Shown here: piece after piece, positions 50,553-63,629 of the stretch
Position numbering within the stretch: the first letter of the stretch is position 1
Layout of the letters: each line of letters opens with the position of its first letter
Source: Octopus bimaculoides
Taxonomy: Eukaryota
NCBI RefSeq assembly: GCF_001194135.2
Contig: NC_069000.1
Coordinates: 22,141,813-22,205,812 of the forward strand
Direction: 5' to 3'
Length of the DNA: 64,000 nucleotides
The notes under the pieces: model-generated
What the model saw: only the letters and a program-made list of their open reading frames with translations
The model's database searches: none
What the model was told of the DNA's origin: nothing
Translations under genes and position numbers: made by a program

Positions 50553-51399
50553 TATATGTATACATATAGATATATACACACACTCAATATAATACACTTT
50601 ACAGCACAATTTATACATCACACACCATAACTATACACAACACAATGTATACGTCTCAACATGCAAACTCTGACAATATACATACATATGCTATGTAATA
50701 TAAACTTGAGTACTAGATAAATACATTCAGCCAGTTACGTGCATAGACACACATAAGAACAAGAAATATAGAAATACACATACTATACAATATGCTAGCT
50801 AAATATGGACGCACATAATTTCTACATAATTAAAACATTAAGAATACAGGAATATAATTTGTGTAATATCCACAATATTCATATACATTGCACAGTATAG
50901 GAATACACCAGTAATATTGGTGCACATGTGTACACACTATAAGTATATACAACATGGAGTGTAACTCTTTAAATGCTGTGGCTTACTTTCTTTTGTGTAT
51001 CACATCATAAACCCAACTGATGCAAATAAGCAAGCTACCTTCTGATATTCAAAATGGAATTTAAAAATATTTGTTAATAAGTACCTTGCTTAGATAAACA
51101 CTTCCAAATGCTCCAATTTCATCTCTATTCCTATAAACTATAGTAAGTAATGAATTTGAAATAACTGCTGGTTAAAGTAGAGTAAAATTAGAACTCTGTA
51201 AAAACAAGAAAATAAAAATAAAATCTCTCTACAAAAGTTTTGATTCTAAAATAAAAAAAAAATTCTAGATTATTGTTGAAATATAAATTATTTATTGTAA
51301 TCAGAATTTTGAAAATAGGATTTAGTTTAACCCAAAATTAAATCATGATTCTAGTATAATTATTTTGTAGTTGGCTAGATTTTTCAATCATGTAGGTTC

Positions 51400-52050
51400 C
51401 AATTTGTACCATTCTTCTTCAACAGACACATAAATATTCCTTATTATTGGAAGTTCTGAATTCAGCTTTGATTTAATGATCTCACATTTTTCAATAGAAC
51501 TTTAGGTCTGGAGACTATCCAGACCTGAACAAAGTCTCAATTGTGTGTTCTTGGAAAAACGTTTCAAGACTCTTTGGACAGAATAAGCAAGTAGATCACC
51601 AAGTTGGTATATTGCCAAACTGGGAATGAGTAAACTATTGTATAAAGAAGACAGAAATGCTTCTGTACCATTTCTCTTTTTTTGTATAATAACATGATAG
51701 TGATGCTTTCATTGCAACACCTTCCACTGGTAAAAACAACTTCACACCATTATATCATCACTATCACATTCTTTTGATGGTTATGGGCAATCTTCCATCA
51801 GTGTTTCATTTGATCTTCTCAAACATAATAGCCATCAAGGGAAGAGAAGGGAGGATTTTGATTCTTCTAAGAGAAAATCAGGCCTCCTCACATTTTTTTA
51901 AACATTCAAGAATTTGATATCTGTTCAGCAAATATTTTAGTAACTGGATTTTCAAAGACAAGTCCTACAACAAATTCCAGATAACTTTCAAGATATACTA
52001 ATCAGGTATCTATCAGGCTGTATGGAAAATTTTGTCTGATTACAAGTTGG
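51400..52050 (-). mobile_element. Degenerate Tc1-like (DD34E) transposase remnant
   Basis: Minus strand reads KSLETFFQEHTIETLFRSG*SPDLK followed by frameshifted IEKM*D, similar to Tc1 ...WPxQSPDLNPIENxW. Boundaries are approximate. Confidence 0.55.
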
Positions 52051-52189
52051 AATCTATAGAAACCTCTTCTTTTTGTAAAAGCTATAGATATTAATGGCAT
52101 TCCCTGATATATAAGCATTTTACGTGCAGTTACTGTAAAGAAAATACTACACTTTAGTATATCAATTTTCTGTTGGTTGAATCCAGCAT

Positions 52190-52950
52190 AGAATCAAGCA
52201 AAGAATATATTTTGGATAACATAATGTTAAAGACAAAACTTGCAAGGAATCCTGCTGTAAAAGTGAGAGAGCTTTTCACTGAATTTAATGTTTACATTGT
52301 GATTGGTTATAATACTCATCAGAAGTTAGGTAAAGTTTCAAAGTGGGGAAAATAGGTTCATCATGCTCTTTCAGCAGCAAGTCATCAACAAGACTTGACA
52401 GCTGTGAATTGCTCCAGACACATAACCTCCAAGAACTATTCTGAAACCTGATCCTGACTGGAAATGAGAAATATAATCTTTACAGCAATATTAAGTGTAG
52501 GAGACAGTGGCTAAGCCCAAATTAAAAAGCTCTGTACCATATCCATGAAGTGAACTTCACTCTTAAAATATTCCATGAAGTGTTTAAAGAAATGGTTTAC
52601 ACTATTATTATGTGTTTTGGGGGTTGAATTAAACAATCACTTCTGAAATGCAATGTTAGTAAATTCACTGTTTGACGACAGTTTTGGATAGCAAACTTCC
52701 TGCCTTGATAAACTGTTGTAGAATGGGTAGTCCTCTTTTGTCTTCATAATGCTCAACCTCAGATTGTACAAGTGACAAAAAATGTTCTGGTCTTGGTTGG
52801 ATGGAACAAAATGTTACACCTTCCATATTCTTCAAACCTTGCTCCAGACTTCCTACTTATTGTGAATTTTGTGAAGCCACCTAAGACAGAAAATGAAATT
52901 AGATATATCTTTTTCTCGAATAGCTTTGCAAACTACTCCAGAACACAAAT
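52190..52950 (+). mobile_element. mariner transposase pseudogene
   Basis: Reads NPAVKVREL...LGKVSKWGK*VHHALS (WVPHEL), LILTGNEKY..YSNIKCRRQWLSP (TGDEKW), LHNAQP (HDNARPH) and GWNKMLHLPYSSNLAPD (HPPYSPDLAP), with stops and frameshifts. Confidence 0.9.
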
Positions 52951-53014
52951 GGTGACTACAGCAGATATGATCTCACAACATGTTGGGCTAGTAGTACTAT
53001 ACTAAATTCAATCT

Positions 53015-53355
53015 GTGAAGGCACATGGGTCAGTGGTTAGAGCACCGGGCTCACAATCATGAGGTAGTGAATTTGATTACTGGACTGGGCTGTGTGTTGT
53101 GTTCTTAAGCAAGACACTTTATTTTACATTGCTCCAGTTCACTCAGCTGTAGGAAATGAGTTGTTATGTCACTGGTGCCAAGCTGTATCAGCCTTTGCCT
53201 TTCCCTTGGATAACATTGGTGGTGTGGAGAGGGGAGGCTGGTAAACATGGGCGACTGCTAGTCTTCTATAAACAACCTTGCCCGGACTTGTGCCTTGGTG
53301 GGGAACTTTTTAGGTGTAATCCCATGGTCATTCATGATCAAAGGGGGTCTTCACT
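53015..53355 (+). mobile_element. tRNA-derived SINE family D, full length
   Basis: gtgaaggcacatgggtcagtggttagagcaccgggctcacaatcatgagg...gggggtcttcac. Related variants lie at 6845-7160(+) and 11725-11900(-). Confidence 0.85.
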
Positions 53356-54418
53356 TTTACTTACTTACCAAACTCAATCATCTTGCAATACATATATTTA
53401 GCCAACTAAAGTGTGAAAGGGATAAAACCAACCCCTACTACTGAACCAAATTTTGTTGCAATAAACTTAATGAAATATGCAAGGAAATTTTGATGAGATT
53501 GAGGATGTAATAATTGTCCATCTTGTACAATGTCACAGTCATGTCTTTAATGATACAGTAACTTATTCATGTCATTAAAATAAAGGGCCTCACGTTTGAA
53601 CCCTACATTTTTACTACAACACCTCTTCACCACATACAACCACGAAATAAAGATGGGATGGCCATAAATACAAGCAAACATGAAATGCTTCATTTGATTG
53701 GCTACCATAGTATCACGGTAGCTTTGCTAGAGCAGAGTGGGTCATGACTACAACCAACACTACCGCCAAGACTCCCAACAACAACAACGACGACAAGAAG
53801 TTAATGATCCAACTCTTGACAAACTATTGACAAACACTAATATACAATTGCCACTCTTCCACCATATTTCTTGAGTTGTTTTTAAATCCACAACCACTGG
53901 TTGTGACATTAATAATTCACAACAACTATTATAGCTGCATTAATCCCATTTTGTTCGTTGTTGTTGTTGTTGTTGTTGTCGTCGTTGTCAGGAGAGCATT
54001 AGAGCATAATGTAATTTAGCAAGAAAGCAATTGGCTTCGAGTTATCTTCAAATGATTTTACTGTTGGATTGCATTGGCTTAGCTTTCTGCTGTGGACTCT
54101 GACAGCATTAAGAATAATGTATTTAGAAGAATATTCAACAATAAGCAAAAAAAAAAAAAAGTAAATAAACAAATGTCTACAAAAAAGAAACAAAAAGAGA
54201 AAGAAAAAGAAGAAAGGTGAGTTGTTTTATCAGCCTAAATGCAACATGAAACAAAGAGCTTCTCTGATGATTCTACAAATGGGCTTTAACTCTAACTAAT
54301 TAGTCCCTTAACTCTCTGATCAATATTCTGGATTTGAATTTTGTAAAGTGATTAATTAGTTAAGTGATTTATAACAATTTTAGCTGAGAAATTAGAGAGA
54401 ATATTCTGGCCTGCATAA

Positions 54419-54451
<33 letters not shown>

Positions 54452-54984
54452 NNNNNNNNNNNNNNNNNNNNNNNNNNNNNNNNNNNNNNNNNNNNNNNNN
54501 NNNNNNNNNNNNNNNNNNNNNNNNNNNNNNNNNNNNNNNNNNNNNNNNNNNNNNNNNNNNNNNNNNNNNNNNNNNNNNNNNNNNNNNNNNNNNNNNNNNN
54601 NNNNNNNNNNNNNNNNNNNNNNNNNNNNNNNNNNNNNNNNNNNNNNNNNNNNNNNNNNNNNNNNNNNNNNNNNNNNNNNNNNNNNNNNNNNNNNNNNNNN
54701 NNNNNNNNNNNNNNNNNNNNNNNNNNNNNNNNNNNNNNNNNNNCCCCCCCCCCCCCCACACAAACACCTGTTCTGGTTTTACTCTTACTCACTCTTGACT
54801 TTCGGTCAATGGTGGACGTCCAAGAGAGAGAAAATTAACATATACTGTTGCAGCGGCAATGACTGATGCTGATGATGTTTAACTTGGTTTATTAAATTAA
54901 ATAAGCCCCTAGTTCCTGACTGGTATTTATATCATCAAATTCAGAAGGGTGAAAAGCAAAGTGACCATCAATATGATTTGAATC

Positions 54985-55143
54985 CACTCTCTGAGTGGTT
55001 GGTGTTAGGAAGGGCATCCAGCTGTAGAAACTTTGCCAAATCAGATTGGAGCCTGGTGTAGCCATCTGGTTTCAACAGTCCTCAGTCAAATCGTCCAACC
55101 CATGCTAGCATGGAAAGCGGACGTTAAACGATGATGATGATGA
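54985..55143 (+). mobile_element. RTE 3' UTR fragment
   Basis: Highly similar to 20541-20715. Confidence 0.8.
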
Positions 55144-55506
55144 TAAATGAATATAATTGAATCATTGCTGATTCTGCTACTACACTGCTCTCAGTAGCAG
55201 CAGCAATAATGATTTCAAAACAGTTGATTTAATAAACTCTAGTACACGTACCAATACAGATCACCACCAGTCACTTTGAAACAGTGTGGGTGTTGCCTGT
55301 CCACCACAATGAGCAGACATGAGAAAGTGCAACAGCTTTGACCATTCTTTGACTATCAGGCATCATGTGTCCATGATCAAATTATCCTTGTTACTAAACC
55401 ACCTAAGACTGCTCTTACTTCTATGATACAAATTTGCTGTTTTAAAATGATTGAAATTAAAACTTTTCAGCAAAATTTCTTGTTAATTTAAGTTCCATAC
55501 ACAAGT

Positions 55507-55733
55507 TTAACCCTTTAGCATTCAGATTATTTCTGTCAAATACAATGCATATTTATTCACGGTTTTGAATTAATCATGTATTAACTTGTAGCTTTAAGAT
55601 TTCAAAACTGTTCTTGATTATTGTTAGAGTGACATTATGGGGTAGGTGTGAGAGGCCAGATCTAGCCAGTTTGAACATAAAACAGGTAGAATATTTGGGC
55701 TGAATATGGCTGGTTTAAATGCTAAAGGGTTAA
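55507..55733 (+). mobile_element. Full-length piggyBac-type MITE (219 bp) with TTAA TSD
   Basis: Perfect 12-bp TIRs CCCTTTAGCATT / AATGCTAAAGGG, flanked on both sides by TTAA (55507-10 and 55730-33). Confidence 0.85.
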
Positions 55734-57046
55734 ATAATAACAGTAAAAAGAAGCAGAGGCTACAAATTCCCACAAAAAATATTGTATCAAAAGGGTTAAT
55801 AATGACAGTAAATTGAAACAGAGACAATGAATTCTCTCAGAAATATTGTAATAAAAGGGTTAACTGTAATATAACTTTTTTTTTTATATTGTAATGTTTT
55901 ATATAATTTTTTTTTTCTATATTTATGTGAGTCAGGTAATGGTTTTTGATGCTGATAATGTTGGAGCAGTTGATTTTACAGTTGAATGCCTTTCTTAACA
56001 CTCTTTAATGCTTAACTATGAATTAGGAACAGGCCTTGATGTTTCTGTCAGTCAAAACCGAAACAAGTAGAACTACGAGCAACGCTAACCAAATAGTAAT
56101 GATATATACATGAAACTAATAAAACATCAACATAGACAGAAAAAAAAAATACATTAAGCTCAGGAATCATGGTGTGTTATAAATAAATTATCACATAACC
56201 ACATCAGAGAACTGTATAATTGTTTTTATAAGGAGATGCTGGAAAAATTACAAACATTAATTTAGAAAAATGAAGCAGCTGTAAACGTAATCCAACATGT
56301 AATCCATTGAGTGTTCAACAGAAATGTTGCTTCTGATCCGAGTGATAAAGATGTTTTAAGAAAATAAAAGTAGTGATTTCTAATTTTGCAGCAGAAAGAC
56401 AAGCATATATTCCATTAGTTAAAACTTCAATTTGATTTGTAAATCCCAAATCAGAGTCATTATTTTGGAAAATTATAAACCTAATTATTTCTTCCTTCCT
56501 TAGCCTCCCCCATTAATGCCAAAGTTCTGATTAATTTGCTTACTAACACAAAGTGAAAAGAGCTAATCCTTGGGGTAACTTGAACTTTCAACTCAATGAT
56601 TACAAGCCTAGCTAATTATCAATGAAGCTTGTGAAGACTAAATATAAATATGGCCATTTTGCTGTGCTGGAACATGCCAGAAGGATCCTTATTCTAAGTA
56701 TGCTTTAACCTCTTTTAAGTCTTAAGATATCAATCAGCCCTTTGATAGTCTTACAATGAGTTCACTCCCCAAGTGTGTGATAAGACAAAATGAAGAAAGC
56801 AGACAAAAGGCTAATAGATGTAGCTATTTTTGCAACACTTTTAGATCTGATTATTTACTGTGCCAGCATCAGACACATCAAAACATCAGAATTCCAATCC
56901 CTGGAGTTCTCTTATTTATTGGTTGAAGATTTCAGAAAGGGTTAATTCCACATAATTTATAGCTTTACCAAGTCAGGCATAATCAGTCTTAAATAGACAA
57001 CACAGCTGAAGGATTAAGAACAGAAAGAGATTAATAGAGAGAAGGG

Positions 57047-57077
<31 letters not shown>

Positions 57078-58859
57078 GGGGGGGAGAGAGAGAGAGAGAG
57101 AGAGAAAGAGAGATATAGAAGGCAAAAGAAAGAGAGAAACAGAAAGATAGAAATGGTGTGAGGGAATGGAAGTTGGTGGGGGATACAACCTACCATAAGA
57201 AATAGTAACAAAAAATTAAAAAACTGAAAACAAAAATAATTCTTTATAAATTGGATTATTAACAGAAACATAAATAACACCCTTTTATAACAACAACAAT
57301 AACAACAACAATTAGTATTGATTTCTTACAGCAATAACATCAAGAAGAATTAAAAGTGAAAGCTTGGAAAATTGAAAAGAATAGTTTCAATGAAACTGAA
57401 CAGCTGTTTAGTAGAAGAAACCAATGAAAATATCAAGTTTACACTGCAGGGTCACAATCAGCTTTTGTAATTACGACAAAAAAATAAACTTAGCCTTCTC
57501 AAGTCCACAGGGTCCATTCGGAAATCACACAGTTTATGCTTATTGTAAAAACACATTAACAAGATAAAAGTGACCCAGGAAAGTTATAAGTAAATATATA
57601 TATATTGATGGAAAATCTGAATCTGAGCTGTTTGAACAAACAACATTAGAGCTTTTAGCTAGCTCGAATCACAAAACACCTTAATTACTGTTTTTTTTTT
57701 TGTCATGTTGTCCTTGTTTGTATTGGATGAGAGATAGCTGATTTGTTGAAGTAAATAGATTTTACAACTGGAAACTGGATGTTCTTCCTACTACAAGGAA
57801 GCATTTATGCAATCACTTGACCTCCGGGAAACATAACAACCAGATCTTTCTGATATCTCAATCTAACATTTTTAATAAAAGGTGGGTTGACAAAAGAAAT
57901 ATTTTTAATAAGACTGCTAGATTAAGGCTAAACAACCAGTGTCTTTCATCATGCATGTAAAATTGGAGCCATAGAATTCAAATACACAATCAAATGCTTG
58001 CAGTAAAACTTGAACTTATGACTTTGCAGTCCTCAGTCTACTGTTTTACCTTAATGCCAGTCATTGCATCTACCTCAATGAAACCTAAGGAATAATGGAA
58101 GAAAACTTGCCCTTTTAAATTCTTCCAAATGTTTTCAACAGAAGCAGTTGTAAATAAATGTAAATTTTTATCAGGAAAAACACTTTCATGAACTGACTTA
58201 AGTTCACAACCATTGTACCTTGATATGAATATATATTTTCTCATAACATCATCTTGAAATGTATCTGGACACATCACCAGTAATGTATCTTGAGATCATT
58301 GAGTCTTTCAAGTCTTTCATCTATTAGGCAACCCTCCCCTACTGCCAGGGTTGATCAACCCTCAGCTCATGTCCAGCTAGCAGTATCCAATGTAGCACTG
58401 CTCCTTCTAGGACTCATACCTCCTGATACACAACCACTTGAATCCATCTCTGCTGTCTTCAGAGTCAATTTGTGGCTTTCTGCCTAGTGGCCCCTGCAAG
58501 GCCCAGCATCTAGTAGGCTCTGCAGAGGGACTGGCATGAAACTTTCTGAAGCACAATTCAATGGAATCACCTTTTGCTTGCTATCCAAAATTTCAGCATA
58601 ATTCAATCCATTCCTTTCATTTGCCTACTCAATACAGTCCTCTCAGGGACTGGAGAGTTGTAGCAGAACCACCAATGAGAAAAAGAAACTATACCAACGT
58701 CTGAATTTCATGTAAACCCACAACACAGACAACTACCATAGAGCAATAAATATGAATTTCTGGCAAGTTAATTCATGATTAGTACAACTCCAGTTCCCAT
58801 ATACTATCAACACTAATGGCTTTTTATTTTTATCTAATGGATAAAAGTTGTAAATTGAA

Positions 58860-59240
58860 AGCCAAGTGAAATCATAGTCATGGCTGATGCTAGTGTCACA
58901 TAACTGGCACCCATGCCAGAGACTCGCGAAAAAGCACCCTTTGAACATTGGACTTCATGGAGGCAGTGACAAGCAACTGAGGCCTTTGACGATATACCTT
59001 GCTTGAGAAGACCTGTCGAGCCAAGTGAGATCATAGTTGTGGCTGATGCCAGTTTTATGTAACTGGCACATAAAAAGCACCTGTTATACTCTTGGAGTGG
59101 CTGGCATTAGGAAGGGCATCCAGTTGTAGAAATCATGCCAAATCAGATTGGAATCTGGTGCTGCTTCCTGACTTACCAGTTTTTAGTCAAACCGTCCAGC
59201 TGATGCCAGCATAGAAAACAGATGTTAAATGATGATGATG
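58860..59240 (+). mobile_element. RTE 3' end with a duplicated ~50-bp unit
   Basis: gccaagtga(a/g)atcatagt..tggctgatgc occurs at 58861 and 59021; ORF end LEKTCRAK*; UTR and (gat)n tail follow. Confidence 0.8.
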
Positions 59241-60279
59241 GATAAAGATTCTCTCTAACATATTTCAGATGACAACCTATACTCTATTGTCGATCATCAT
59301 GAGTGAGCCTGGCACTTCACTTCCCATGCACATTACGTGTTTTCATGATGATGACCATCACTACTGCAACCACCAAGACCAATATAAACAACTACAAGTA
59401 CAACACAGACTTTACAGACATTGACGATCTGGAACCTCTTATAATCCACACTAATCTACAGTAATATAATGGGACTTGTATTTTATATGAATATTCAAGT
59501 AAATTTAATATTTGTTTAATTTAGAGTGTGTTGATTAAAGTGACTCACCCTGATTCTTAAAAAATTAGTAATCTAGGAAGGCTTTGGAGCAAAAGGCTCC
59601 AGAAAATGATGTTGTACCTGTGCTAAGATGGAATCAATGACAGAGCTATTCTCTCTCTCCTACTCTCTCTCTCTCTCTCTCTCTCTTTCAGCACATACAT
59701 ATACGTTTTTTTTGACACCTTGAGCAGACAACCCCAGCAGGAAATGGGGGTGGGGTAGATATAGAAATATTTAGTTTCAGGAATTCCTGATAAAACTTGT
59801 ATTTTGTTTTATTACACAAGTTCCACCCCATTTACAGATGGAACAACACCTGTATGACAACTTTGAAAGGGATAGTATCCTCAGTAGCAGAATCAGTAGG
59901 GCACCTATTAACATCTTGAGAGTTTCAAGTCTCTGGAGTGGAGAAAGAGGCAATAAAATAAACATTTGTCATGTACTGGAGTCAGTTTAATCAAGAGCCC
60001 CTCTGCTCCAAGTAAACATTGTGATCCTAAATTAACCTGTAATGGCCATGCCCTGAGAGAAATGGTGAAACACCACACCACAGCTCAAATCATGAAGATG
60101 GTAGATTTACCAATCACCCAATTATAAGAGTTAATAAAATTAATAACAGTAAAACATTATGGTCAGTTTAATCAGTTGTACTTCTTTCCTGAGTACTAGG
60201 TGATAGCTCTCACTCAATATCATTTCATATTTAAGAATTCTTTCTACTATAGACACAAGGGGAGGGATACTATAGATAC

Positions 60280-60455
60280 TTGGGGAGGGAGCTGATTGAT
60301 TACATCAACCCCAGTGTTTCACTGGTACTTATTTCATCAACCCTGAAAGGATGAAAGGCAAAATCAACTTTGGCAGAGTTTGAACTCGGAATGTAAAGAT
60401 GGATGAAATGCCACTAAGTGCTGTGTGTGGTGTGCTAACAATTCTGGCAGTTTGC
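60280..60455 (-). mobile_element. SINE family A, older copy
   Basis: gattacatcaaccccagtg...ctggtacttatttcatcaaccctgaaaggatgaaaggcaaa...gagtttgaactcgg. Confidence 0.8.
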
Positions 60456-60659
60456 CAGCTTTAAAAATATGACTTTTTGTATAAACTCTGTAACCAAAAT
60501 GCACTTAAATGAAGGCCCAGTCAATGTTATTGACAAGAATGTGACTCAAAGCATTCAAAAGAGACCAGTTTTGGGCAATGTGACGACCATGCTAATAACA
60601 AGACTATTCCATCCTTACAAGCAATGGGGTGTGTTGAGCCAATGAAGGACCCTACTCAA

Positions 60660-60845
60660 TATCATCACTTTACTTGTCAGAAATAGCAGCCAAATCACAC
60701 ACCTTCTAGGAAAAGGACACAAATAATGAGATCCTGGATCCCTACACATTGGGGGTAGGGGAATAAGACAGTCATAGTTAGAATATATTTAAATACAAGT
60801 CTGTTCTATCAAGACAGACTTCAGGTTTAAACAACAATTGCAACA
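60660..60845 (-). repeat. Unclassified short interspersed repeat (family F)
   Basis: The motif ttgtttagccccaggtcag..ctgatc..gcagacctatgatcaaa recurs at ~8775, 16900, 19345 and 47995 and, reversed, here. Confidence 0.45.
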
Positions 60846-62009
60846 ACAAATGGGATGAGTGGATATTCAAAAGAAATCAATATCAAAACTGGTTCTTTGC
60901 ATCAGGCACCAAAAGTTTTGTACACAAACACCCACACTTACATATTAATGCATTCTACCCACTACACACACGCAACTACTCTAATGGGGACAGACTGTTC
61001 TTTCCTCAGGTGATATAGATAGATAAAAAATGAAGTGAAAAGAAAAAAGCTCTTTCTCTCACCAGTTCACTAGTTAAACAAGCAGACATAAATGGCTTTG
61101 ATAAATAAGACAGTTAATTCAAATAATGAAGCAGCCTGTGTGTGGGCGGGTGTGTGTGTGTGCGCGCATGTACATTTATAATATTCTCATTGCTCTTACG
61201 CATCTAAATGCACTGTAAACTCTCTTTCTCTCTCAAAAAATAAAAAAGAGAATTTTAAAAAGTACTCAATACATGCATTTACGGGAAATTTGTAGAGCTC
61301 TTTAAATTTACAAATCCTTTTGAATTATGGAAGCAAGTAAGTTTAAAAGACATTGGTGGAGTCAACTCATTCAACCTACAGATGCTTTTTATGAGCCAGA
61401 GAGTATCGACAAAGTTGTTCAATCTGATAGAAACAGCCGACAAATATACCTCCAATTACATATCTTAAAATAGACCAGTCACATTAAATAATGAAGTCTC
61501 TAACATACAAAAAGATGTATCAAAAGATGGAGGTGGTCATGAATGGAGAGCTTTGAATGAATTGGGCTGACTTGTAAGTGGGCAGCAGTAGAGGCGAAAC
61601 GAAGATAAGTGGAAATTGCTGGTACCTTGTTTTTGTTTTTGGTTTGCAAAATTCTTTACGTAAATTCTTGTGTTGGAACAAATTTTGTCATGTCTAAAGA
61701 GTCATATTGCCAATATAATTAATACACACACTGGTTTGATTCCAATTATTTATTAAATATCCGATTGTTTTGTTTTTGTTTGTCAAAGCTCTTTTGTTGC
61801 TTCTTGCAACCTTCTCAATGATTAACAAAAACAAAACAATACATTATCATTTTCCCTAACAATAGGGGGCAAGCCTTTACCATCTTACAGGTGCAATCAA
61901 TCAAGGAATAGAAAAGTGAGATTGATACCATTATTGACCCTTTCATAATTGTTACCTGTGGGAAAGATATGAGCAGGGAGGGAATTCTAGAGGGCTGATG
62001 TTCTTGAAA

Positions 62010-62300
62010 TTAAGGACCGGATGCAAGTGATAAATGTAGGGCAATGATGAATGGAGAGACGAGTAGGATGAGAATGAATGAAAAGATATGGTATGAGCCT
62101 AACCAAGAAGTGAAAGCCATTAAAGTAACAGTAAGGAAAAAAAAAAAAAAGAGGGGACAGCGCATCTGTGGGTCAGAAGCTAGAATATGCCAGTGAATGA
62201 CTATGTACCAATCAGTTAAGTTGTGAACGAGGAAGTTTGTGTATGCAGCAACAGCACCATCCCAGATGTGGGAGCGAAACTCCATTGATGGCAATAAACA
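62010..62300 (-). mobile_element. CR1-clade LINE C-terminal fragment
   Basis: LPSMEFRSHIWDGA resembles the CR1-type RP.MEYCSHIW.GA motif. Confidence 0.55.
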
Positions 62301-62474
62301 GATCTTGATTCGCGTACATATTTTTTCTGGTACTTATTTTATTGAAATCTATTTGTTGAACTGCTAAGTTACAGGACATATAGAAACATGCCACCATATN
62401 NNNNNNNNNNNNNNNNNNNNNNNNNNNNNNNNNNNNNNNNNNNNNNNNNNNNNNNNNNNTATATATATATATAC

Positions 62475-62507
<33 letters not shown>

Positions 62508-63019
62508 CATGATGGGCTTCTGTACAGTTACTATCAATCGAAGTCCATTCCAAAGTATTAGTCAACCCAAAGCTAAAATAGAAGACACTTGTCCAAATGC
62601 TGCAGTGTGCGTTAACTCAGATTCAATCATGTGGTAGCAAATCCCGCATGTATGTGTGTGTGCAAGCAGAACAATGCTTATGCCTACACACACACACACA
62701 CGCAGAGGCACACACACACACACACACACACAGACACTTTCACAGAACATTTTAATACAATCTAGAAATCAAAAACAAAAACAAAAACAAAAACCATCAT
62801 TAACAAGTATTCCTCACCAAATATAATTACATATTAATTCAATGCCACAAGTCCTATAGCTAATTTAAAAATTAATTAATGACTGGATGATTTGTTGAAT
62901 TCATTTAGACAATTTTGTGTGTATTAGGGAAATATTTAGCCGAAGGGAGACTTGCTTTTAGCACAAACCTGCAACACTAACACAACAGATGTTACTAAAA
63001 TAGGAGTGCAATTTTAGAT

Positions 63020-63299
63020 CAGTGGTTCCCAAACTTATTCTGACTGCTTCTCCCTTGGCACCTGGGCCACATTCCTAGCACCCCACCACACCACCACAAA
63101 CACAGATCACATTTTGTATCAAATTCAAAATAACTGTATTTCACAAATAAAACTTAACCTAATTAACCCATTATTTTGTAGTTTTTACATCCACTGCCCC
63201 GTTCTGAGCATCTCGTTATTGCCCAACCTTTCTTCAATACCCCTCTGGACTTTTCCACTGCTCCCAGGGGGGCAGCATCCCCCACTTTGGGAACCACTG
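63020..63299. mobile_element. hAT/Charlie-type MITE
   Basis: Perfect 14-bp TIRs CAGTGGTTCCCAAA / TTTGGGAACCACTG; 8-bp TSD TTTTAGAT / TTTTAGCT. Confidence 0.85.
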
Positions 63300-63400
63300 T
63301 TTTAGCTGGAAGAGCTGCATGTGAGTTTGAAGGTGTAGTGCAGTTGTCTGTTATGTATATATGTATGATCTGACCAAAGTAAAACTTAGAGCAAAAGTTA

Positions 63401-63629
63401 TAAACCCTTTAGCATTTAATGTGGCTGTATCCAGCCTAAATGCTCTACCTGCTTTATGTTACAGCTGACCAGATCCAACCTCTCATACCTAACCTACAAG
63501 GTCATTCTAAAAATATGCAAACACACCATTGAAATCTTGAAGCTACAATATGACGTGTGGATTAATTCCAAACAATGTGAATGAATAAGCAATACCTTTG
63601 ACAAAGAAATCTGAATGCTAAATGGTTAA
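63401..63629 (-). mobile_element. piggyBac-type MITE copy
   Basis: Termini CCCTTTAGCATT and AATGCTAAATGG-ttaa; body is the reverse complement of 55511-55729. Confidence 0.75.

Noticed and set aside
53370-53406. 37-nt minus-strand exon with GTAAGT donor
   Set aside because: The donor comes from the (ACTT)n tail of the adjacent SINE, and the phase does not fit TOX.
3953-54792. Long ORFs containing X runs (e.g. 3953-4693, 14232-15248, 32600-33414, 41458-41957, 49330-50157, 54352-54792)
   Set aside because: They are open only because they cross N gaps and dinucleotide repeats.
55060-55090. Minus-strand CTGAGGA-CTGTT-GAAA in an RTE UTR
   Set aside because: Stem II cannot form, U16.1 is missing, and the motif is not conserved in sister copies.
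56030-56070. ccttgatg...aaccgaaac, Penelope/hammerhead-like
   Set aside because: Core and stem III are too degraded to support.
57800-58490. Possible RT or Tc1 fragments and 65-79-aa ORFs
   Set aside because: Only vague motif resemblance; the element class cannot be assigned.
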